Shown one piece after another: positions 57,995-64,000 of a stretch of DNA of 64,000 nt. A program made the translations under genes and the position numbers. How positions within the stretch are numbered: the first letter of the stretch is position 1; each line of letters opens with the position of its first letter. The notes below the pieces were generated by a model. That model was not told the DNA's origin. It worked only from the letters and a program-made list of their open reading frames with translations, and ran no database searches. Origin of the DNA: an uncultured Actinomycetota bacterium. GTDB lineage: Bacteria > Actinomycetota > Actinomycetes > Mycobacteriales > Pseudonocardiaceae. The DNA lies in assembly GCA_963837575.1 (NCBI GenBank), contig CAWIOI010000001.1, positions 140,779 to 204,778 of the forward strand. The letters run 5' to 3'.

Positions 57995-59179
57995 GTGGTG
58001 GACGGACGGCGGTTCGGCGACGGGATGGCGGCGGGCCCGGACCTGGAGGGCGCGGCGGAGGTCGCCGTCGGGCAGGCGCTCGGCCCGCTCGACGGCGCCC
58101 GCCCGGACCTGCTCTGCGTCTTCATCGCCCCGGGTCCGGGACACGACCCCGAGCGGTCGGCCGCGGCCGGGCGGCGGGCTATGGAGCTCAGCGGTGCCCA
58201 CGCGACGATCGGCGCCACCGCCAGCGGCGTGATCGGCGACGGCCACGGCCGCGAGCACGGGCCCGCGGTGGCGGCCTGGGCGGCGGTGCTGCCCGGCGCG
58301 CGGATCACCCCGTACCGGCTGGAGGTCACCCGCGTCGGCGACAGCCTGCACATCGGCGGGCTGCCCCAACCGGCGTCCGACGACCGGGTCGCGGCCATGC
58401 TCGTCGACCCCTACACGTTCCCCATCGGCCCCTTCCTCGAGCGCGGCAACACCGCCGCCCCCGGGTTCCCGCTGGTCGGCGGCTTGGCCGGGGTCGCGGG
58501 GGGCGCCGGGGCCAACCGCCTGTTCTGCGACGGCGAGGTGCTCGAACGCGGCGGCGTCGGCGTGGTGCTCGGCGGCGAGGACAGTGCCGTCGGTGCCCGC
58601 GCGGTGGTCAGCCAGGGCTGCCGCCCCATCGGCCCCACGATGATCGTCACGCGGGCCGAGCGGAACATGCTGCTGGAGCTGGCGGGCACGCCCGCCTACA
58701 CGCGGCTCGTGGAGATCGTCTCGGCGCTCCCGCCCGACGAGCAGGAGCTGGCGACGCGCGGGCTGCACCTCGGCGTCGCGATCGACGAGTACGCCGACGA
58801 GCACGGCCGCGGCGACTTCCTCATCCGCGGCGTCGTGGGCGCCGACCCGGACACCGGCGCGGTGGCCGTCGGCGAGACGGTCGAGGTCGGGCAGACCGTG
58901 CGCTTCCAGGTGCGCGACGCCGCCGGCGCGGGCGAAGACCTCACCGAGCTGCTCGACGGGGCCGCCCACCCGGCCCGCGGCGCGCTGCTGTTCTCCTGCA
59001 ACGGGCGCGGCACCACGATGTTCCCCGACGCCGATCACGACGTCCGCGCCGTCAAGGCCGCGCTCGGCACCACGAGTGATCTGGCGGTGGCGGGGTTCTT
59101 CGCCGCGGGCGAGATCGGACCGGTCGGTGGCCGCAACCACTTGCACGGCTTCACCGCCTCGGTGCTGGCCTTCAGCTGA
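57995..59179 (+). CDS. FIST signal transduction protein
   Basis: LVDPYTFP, LVGGLA, VSQGCRPIG, DFLIRGV, LFSCNGRG, GFFAAGEIGP, HGFTAS. Confidence 0.92.
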   Translation: MVDGRRFGDGMAAGPDLEGAAEVAVGQALGPLDGARPDLLCVFIAPGPGHDPERSAAAGRRAMELSGAHATIGATASGVIGDGHGREHGPAVAAWAAVLPGARITPYRLEVTRVGDSLHIGGLPQPASDDRVAAMLVDPYTFPIGPFLERGNTAAPGFPLVGGLAGVAGGAGANRLFCDGEVLERGGVGVVLGGEDSAVGARAVVSQGCRPIGPTMIVTRAERNMLLELAGTPAYTRLVEIVSALPPDEQELATRGLHLGVAIDEYADEHGRGDFLIRGVVGADPDTGAVAVGETVEVGQTVRFQVRDAAGAGEDLTELLDGAAHPARGALLFSCNGRGTTMFPDADHDVRAVKAALGTTSDLAVAGFFAAGEIGPVGGRNHLHGFTASVLAFS

Positions 59180-59220
59180 ACCGCAGCGTCAACCGAACCG
59201 CAGCGTCAACCGAACCGCAG
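59179..59220. repeat. 17-bp tandem repeat (about 2.5 copies) at convergent gene ends
   Basis: AACCGCAGCGTCAACCG repeated. Confidence 0.8.
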
Positions 59221-60435
59221 CCGCTTGACCTTCCCGTCGGCGATCTCGGCCTCGATCCGGCCCGGGCCCCCGGGCAGCCGGACGTTCCACACCGCGCGCT
59301 CGCGGGTGAGCTGCTTGCGGGTGAGGTCCATGGCGGCGGTGCGGCACAGCTTCGCCAGGTCGGCGCGCGGGTCGCCGCTATCGGCCCGGAACGGCCCGGC
59401 CGCGGCCAGCTCCACGTCCGGCGCGAGGTGGCCGAGCACCGCGTCGATGTCCTTGGCGCGCCAGGCCCGCTCGAAGGCCAGCGTGGTGAGGAATTCCTCG
59501 GCCTGCCGTTCGCCCTGGTCCATGAGCTCGCGCAGGAACCGGGCGTCGCGGTTGAGCTTGGACGTCGGGCCCAGCAGCCGCGAGGACGCCGGGCGCGCGA
59601 ACTCCAGCACCCGCACCGTGACCTGCCGATAAGGGCTGTTGACCAGCAGCCCGTCGGCCAGCAGCCGGTCGATCACCTCGATGCCGTGCAGCTCCTGGTA
59701 GAGCGACAGGTTGCCCGCCAGCTCGTTGCGCCGGTCGGTGATGTCCAGCACCGTCTTCGGCTCGTCGGCGCGCGCCGTCGGGTTGATCTGGATCACCCAC
59801 ATCTCGTCGGGCGTCGCGTCGAGCAGATCGTGCACGGGCGGGTTCTGCGAGAACAGGCCGTCCCAGTAGGTGCCGCCGTCGGTGTGCACGGCCGGGAAGA
59901 TGTTCGGGATCGCGGCCGACGCCAGGATCATGTCCGCGGTGATCCGCTCGTGCCCGCTGTGGAACGCCCGGAAGCGACCGGTGAGCACGTCGACGGCGCC
60001 CACCACGAGCAGCGGCCCGTCCGGGTCGGCCGTGATGGCTTCGAAGTCGACGCGGTGTTTGAGCAGGTCGCGGAACTGGCCGAGCCCGTCGACGGGGAGG
60101 TCGTAGGGGCTCACCGACGGCAGCCAGCCCGTGCTCTGCAGGGTGGCCGCCCACATCAGCCAGGCGTTGGCGGCCATGTCGATCGGGGTGGACGCGGAGT
60201 TGTCCGCCCAGAAGGCGTCGAGCAGGGCCCTGGCCTTGTGCCGGTCGCGGTCGCGCAGCGCGGTCCACGCCAGCAGCGCGCACACCGCCCCGCCCGACGT
60301 GCCGCTGAGCCCGACGACGTCGTACTCGTCGATCTCCGGTCCGTCCAGCAGGCGGCGGAGCACGCCCGCCGTGAACGCGGTGTGGCTGCCGCCGCCCTGG
60401 CACGCGATGACGACCCGGCGGCGCTCGGGGGTCAT
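59206..60435 (-). CDS. Patatin-like hydrolase with SnoaL-like C-terminus
   Basis: CQGGGSHTAFTAG, GTSGG, YWDGLFSQNPP. Confidence 0.88.
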   Translation of the reverse strand: MTPERRRVVIACQGGGSHTAFTAGVLRRLLDGPEIDEYDVVGLSGTSGGAVCALLAWTALRDRDRHKARALLDAFWADNSASTPIDMAANAWLMWAATLQSTGWLPSVSPYDLPVDGLGQFRDLLKHRVDFEAITADPDGPLLVVGAVDVLTGRFRAFHSGHERITADMILASAAIPNIFPAVHTDGGTYWDGLFSQNPPVHDLLDATPDEMWVIQINPTARADEPKTVLDITDRRNELAGNLSLYQELHGIEVIDRLLADGLLVNSPYRQVTVRVLEFARPASSRLLGPTSKLNRDARFLRELMDQGERQAEEFLTTLAFERAWRAKDIDAVLGHLAPDVELAAAGPFRADSGDPRADLAKLCRTAAMDLTRKQLTRERAVWNVRLPGGPGRIEAEIADGKVKRLRFG

Positions 60436-60794
60436 GCGAGCAGCCGCGCCTTCTGTTCGGCGAATTCGGCCTCGGTGAGCAGGCCCGCCTCCCGCAGCTC
60501 GCCGAGCTTGGTGAGCTGGGCGAACAGGTGGTCGACCGACGGCGTCGCCTGCGGGGGAGCGGCCGCCTTCGCGCGCATCGCGTCGGCGACCTGGGTCTCC
60601 ACCTCCGCTTGCAGGTGCACCTGACGCAGCTCCTCCTGTGTCGCGGCGGCCTGCCGGTCTCGATGCGCGGCCGCCTGCTGAGCCGCGCCGACCCGGCCCG
60701 CCACCGCGGAGGCCGTGCCCGCCACGACGGCCGTGCGGGCCATCGTGCCCAGCAGGCCGGGGCCGCCGCGCCCGCGTCCGAACCCGCGCCTCAT
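60432..60794 (-). CDS. SHOCT domain protein
   Basis: GLLGTMARTAVVAGTA..; QLTKLGELREAGLLTEAEFAEQKARLL. Confidence 0.88.
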   Translation of the reverse strand: MRRGFGRGRGGPGLLGTMARTAVVAGTASAVAGRVGAAQQAAAHRDRQAAATQEELRQVHLQAEVETQVADAMRAKAAAPPQATPSVDHLFAQLTKLGELREAGLLTEAEFAEQKARLLA

Positions 60795-61219
60795 GCCCGG
60801 CTCCCTTCCTGTGCGGCCATCGCCGCGGCGACCGCCGGGGGCAGCACGCGGTCGTAGGCGAGCACGCTGCCGCCGTGGGCGCGAACGGCCTCGGCGAACC
60901 CGTTGGCCCACAGGTTCTCCCACACCAGCACGAGCGTCGTGGTGTCGTTCTCCAGGGATTCGGCGATCGCCTGCAGGTCGTCGTGGCTCAGCAGTTCCAG
61001 CACGTCGCCGTCGACGTCGTCGAAGGCCGCGCTCTCGTCCGCGAGCTCGCCTTCGGTGACGGTCCCGTCCGCGGCCTTGTGTACGACGGCCGCGTCCAAC
61101 AGGCGGATGGTCTTCGCGTCGACGAGCTCGGCGATCGGGGCGGCCACGCCGTTCCCGAGCGTCGTGCCCGGGAACGTGATGGCCACCCACTCGATCGGGC
61201 CGAGCGGTGGGGACGTCAT
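60791..61219 (-). CDS. DUF6325/DUF1269-like protein
   Basis: LGPIEWVAITFPG, IRLLD, LVLVWENLWA; commonly paired with SHOCT genes. Confidence 0.8.
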   Translation of the reverse strand: MTSPPLGPIEWVAITFPGTTLGNGVAAPIAELVDAKTIRLLDAAVVHKAADGTVTEGELADESAAFDDVDGDVLELLSHDDLQAIAESLENDTTTLVLVWENLWANGFAEAVRAHGGSVLAYDRVLPPAVAAAMAAQEGSRA

Positions 61220-61365
61220 GGGCAGGGACCCTCCTTGGTCGTGGCGCAGCGCCGTCCGGTCGATGCGTCGGAGGGGACCGCGTCCGTGCCGGACGGCGCT
61301 GTCGACGCCGAGCATCCGGGGACGGGCCCCGTGCGGGCATCACCCGCGGCGGGGGAGATCTCGGG

Positions 61366-62124
61366 TCAGAACTGGACGCCGCGGGTGAGTGCGCCGTCGA
61401 CCACCACGTTCGTGCCGGTGATGAACGACGCCCGCGGGCTGGCCAGCATCGTGACGGCGTAGGCGACCTCTTCGGGCTTCGCCATGCGCCCGGTCGGGTT
61501 GAGGCCCAGCGCGGTGGCGAAGAGGTCCGGGTTGCCCACCTCGATCCCGGCCCACACCCCGCCCGGGAAGTAGGTGTTGCCCGGCGAGACGACGTTGGCC
61601 CGCACGCCGTCCGCGGCGAGCTGGAACGCCAGCCCCTGCACGTAGTGGATGACGGCGGCCTTCATGGTGCCGTAGGCGTCCTTGGCGAAGTCGATCTCCC
61701 GGCCGGAGACCGAGGAGATCGCGATGATCGCGCCGTGGCTCGTCGTGAGGTGCGGGATCGCGGCCTCGCACAGCCGCACGGTGTGCATGAGGTCGACTTG
61801 GAAGCCCGCCTCCCAGTTCTCCTCGGTCGCGCCGATCGCGAGGGCCGACACGTTGGCCACCGCGACGTCGACCCGCCCGAGCCGCTCCGCCGACGCGCTC
61901 ACCCAGCCCGCGAGCGCCGCCGCGTCGGCCACGTCGAGCGCGGTGCCGACGACCGTGTGCCCGGCCGCGGTCAGCTCCTTCTCCGCCGCCTCCACGTCGG
62001 CCGCCGTCCGCGCGCAGAACGCGACGGTGGCGCCCTCCGCGGCGAGCGCATCGACGCACGCGCGCCCGATGCCCTTCGTGCCGCCGGTGACGAGCGCGAC
62101 CTTGCCGTCAAGCTGGAGGTCCAT
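61366..62124 (-). CDS. Short-chain dehydrogenase/reductase
   Basis: TGGTKGIG, YGTMK catalytic motif, VSPGNTYF. Confidence 0.95.
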   Translation of the reverse strand: MDLQLDGKVALVTGGTKGIGRACVDALAAEGATVAFCARTAADVEAAEKELTAAGHTVVGTALDVADAAALAGWVSASAERLGRVDVAVANVSALAIGATEENWEAGFQVDLMHTVRLCEAAIPHLTTSHGAIIAISSVSGREIDFAKDAYGTMKAAVIHYVQGLAFQLAADGVRANVVSPGNTYFPGGVWAGIEVGNPDLFATALGLNPTGRMAKPEEVAYAVTMLASPRASFITGTNVVVDGALTRGVQF

Positions 62125-63120
62125 CTAGAGCTGTCCTTTCGCGACCGAGCGCAGGTGGGCGTGCATCCCGCCGTAGGCGTGGGCGGGGGGCAGGAGGGCC
62201 TTGTCGAGGAGCGTGACGGCCGAGTAGTTGGCGTCGACGACGTTGGCCAGCGGCGAGCGGCTGATCTGCGTGAGCAACTGGTAGGCGTCGAGCGGGTCGA
62301 GCCCGTACAGCTCGCCGAGCCAGGCGATCATGCCGACCTGGCTGGCCCGCCACGCGTCCTCCAAGGGCCGTGAGGACGCGACGACCGCGATGTCGCCGTC
62401 GTGCTCCAGCCGCGGCCACACGGGCGCCCCGCCCTTGATCAGCTCGACCACCAGCGTGACGTCCATGGCGCCCTCGACGGCCGTGCCGCAGCTTTCACCC
62501 TCGCCCTGCCGGTAGTGCCCGTCGCCGACCGAGAAGAGCGCGCCGGGCACGTTGACGCCCAGGTAGCAGGTGGTGCCCGCGCGCATCTCCGGGGTGTCCA
62601 TGTTGCCGCCGAACTTGTCGGGCACGAGGCTCGTGCGCACCTCGCGGCCCGCGGGGGCGACGCCGACCGTGCCGAGCATCGGCGCGATCGGCAGGTCCAG
62701 GCTGAGGTTCGCGGCCTCGTAGCGCACGGTGCCCGCGGCCCGGTCGAGCTGGTAGATCCAGGTGCGCTCGGGCAGCGGCTCCTGCAGGAGCGCGGTGCGA
62801 TCGGTGCCGGTGAGCGCGCCGAAGAACGGGATTGTGGTCGACGCCGCCCAGTCGCGGGCCGGTTGCAGGTCCGCGATGTGGATGGCGAGGGTGTCGCCCG
62901 GCTCGGCGCCCTCGACGTAGAACGGCCCCGTCTGCGGGTTGACCTCGGTCATGACCAGCACCTCGGAGGGCCGATCGGTGGTGCGCTGCAGCCGTCCGGA
63001 GAACGCATCCTCCGTCCAGAGCCGCAGCGCCGTACCCGGGGTGATGCGATGCGTCGGCGCTACCCCGCCGAACGTCCAGGCGTACTGGTCCGGCGTCGGC
63101 CGGTATTCCACGACGTCCAC
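62125..63120 (-). CDS. Acetamidase/formamidase family protein
   Basis: NPQTGPFYVEGAEPGD, GGNMD, GDGHYRQGEGE. Confidence 0.92.
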   Translation of the reverse strand: MDVVEYRPTPDQYAWTFGGVAPTHRITPGTALRLWTEDAFSGRLQRTTDRPSEVLVMTEVNPQTGPFYVEGAEPGDTLAIHIADLQPARDWAASTTIPFFGALTGTDRTALLQEPLPERTWIYQLDRAAGTVRYEAANLSLDLPIAPMLGTVGVAPAGREVRTSLVPDKFGGNMDTPEMRAGTTCYLGVNVPGALFSVGDGHYRQGEGESCGTAVEGAMDVTLVVELIKGGAPVWPRLEHDGDIAVVASSRPLEDAWRASQVGMIAWLGELYGLDPLDAYQLLTQISRSPLANVVDANYSAVTLLDKALLPPAHAYGGMHAHLRSVAKGQL

Positions 63121-63132
63121 GCGGGAAACGTA

Positions 63133-63178
63133 GCTGTGAGCGGAAACGAGTGCCAGAGCACTCGTTTCCGCTCACAGC
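63133..63178. repeat. Perfect 21-bp inverted repeat (REP-like)
   Basis: GCTGTGAGCGGAAACGAGTGC-CAGA-GCACTCGTTTCCGCTCACAGC. Confidence 0.9.
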
Positions 63179-63180
63179 CG

Positions 63181-64000
63181 TTAGGCCAGCTCGCGGCCCA
63201 CCGTCTCGGGCAGTCCGAGCAGCGCCAGCACCGCGATGCCGTACGCGCCGGCGGCGAAGGCGACCGCGCCGCCAACGCCCAGCGTCTGCGCGGCGAACCC
63301 GATGCCCGCGGGGAAGAGCGCGCCGACGCCGCGGCCGAAGTTGTAGGTGAAGCCCTGTCCGGTTACCCGCACGTGCGCCGGGTACAGCTCGGCGAGGTAG
63401 GAGCCGAAGCCCGCGAAGATCGCCGACGCGCAGAAGCCCAGCGGGAAGCCGAGGAAGAGTATCGCGGTGTTGGCGCCGGTCGGGATGGCCGTGTAGGCGA
63501 CGATCAGCACCGCGGACAGCACCGCGAACAGCACGAACGTCTTCTTGCGGCCCAGCCGGTCGGTGACGTAGCCGCCGGAGATGTAGCCGACGAACGCGCC
63601 TGCGATGAGGAAGAACAGGTAGCCGCCGGTGCCGATCACCGAGAGGCCGCGCGCGGTCTTGAGGTAGGTCGGCAACCACGTGAACAGGCCGTAGTAGCCG
63701 CCCTGGACGCCGGTGGCCAGGAGCGAGGCGAAGAGCGTCGTGCGCAGCAGCGGGCCGCGGAAGATCGCGGGGAACGAGCCGCGGTCGGTGCTCTCCTTGC
63801 GTCGGGTGTCGGCCTCGGGCGCGTCGGTGACCGCCCAGCGGACGTAGAGCACGAGCACGGCGGGCAGCGCGCCGGTCCAGAACAGGATCCGCCAGCCCGG
63901 GTCCGGGCCGACCAGCTGGAACACCACCGTGTAGACGATCACGGAGAGCCCCCAGCCCACCGCCCAGGCGCTCTGCACCCAGGCAAGTGCGCGGCCCCGG
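63181..64000 (-). CDS. MFS transporter, 5' end outside the window
   Basis: WLPTYL, DRLGRKK, ELYPAHVRVTGQGFTYNFGR, LPET. Confidence 0.92.
   Translation of the reverse strand, partial: RGRALAWVQSAWAVGWGLSVIVYTVVFQLVGPDPGWRILFWTGALPAVLVLYVRWAVTDAPEADTRRKESTDRGSFPAIFRGPLLRTTLFASLLATGVQGGYYGLFTWLPTYLKTARGLSVIGTGGYLFFLIAGAFVGYISGGYVTDRLGRKKTFVLFAVLSAVLIVAYTAIPTGANTAILFLGFPLGFCASAIFAGFGSYLAELYPAHVRVTGQGFTYNFGRGVGALFPAGIGFAAQTLGVGGAVAFAAGAYGIAVLALLGLPETVGRELA

Overview
Very GC-rich actinobacterial chromosome, most likely Pseudonocardiaceae (Pseudonocardia-like), judged from gene order and protein style. The backbone is the conserved ndk - radical SAM - rne - rplU - rpmA - obgE - proB ... AAA/vWA - nadD - rsfS - phosphatase - octT - degV - comEA - comEC segment. 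It is followed by tRNA-Leu/bcp, a SigF/SigB partner-switching cluster, an ABC/two-component locus, cinA and metabolic genes. Two loci stand out. (1) A four-gene cassette between proB and recQ (17700-22762) encodes a 4-TM SLATT effector, a TIR protein, a small TPR-like protein and an 899-aa protein with a channel-like N-terminus, RCK/TrkA-N domains, a SLOG-like domain and tandem ryanodine-receptor (RyR) repeats. It is a candidate nucleotide-signalling defence system that matches no canonical Thoeris or CBASS layout. (2) A LOV blue-light domain is fused to GAF and a SpoIIE/PP2C phosphatase within a sigma/anti-sigma/3xSTAS/WhiB cluster. Also present are a proteobacterial-type dapA, an AbiEi-like gene flanked by 57-bp repeats, REP-like palindromes and a ~0.9 kb hierarchical G-rich minisatellite. 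Many genes, including housekeeping ones, carry 1-nt frameshifts that are probably assembly errors, so frameshifts are not taken as proof of pseudogenes. All domain calls are by eye from motifs; no searches were run.
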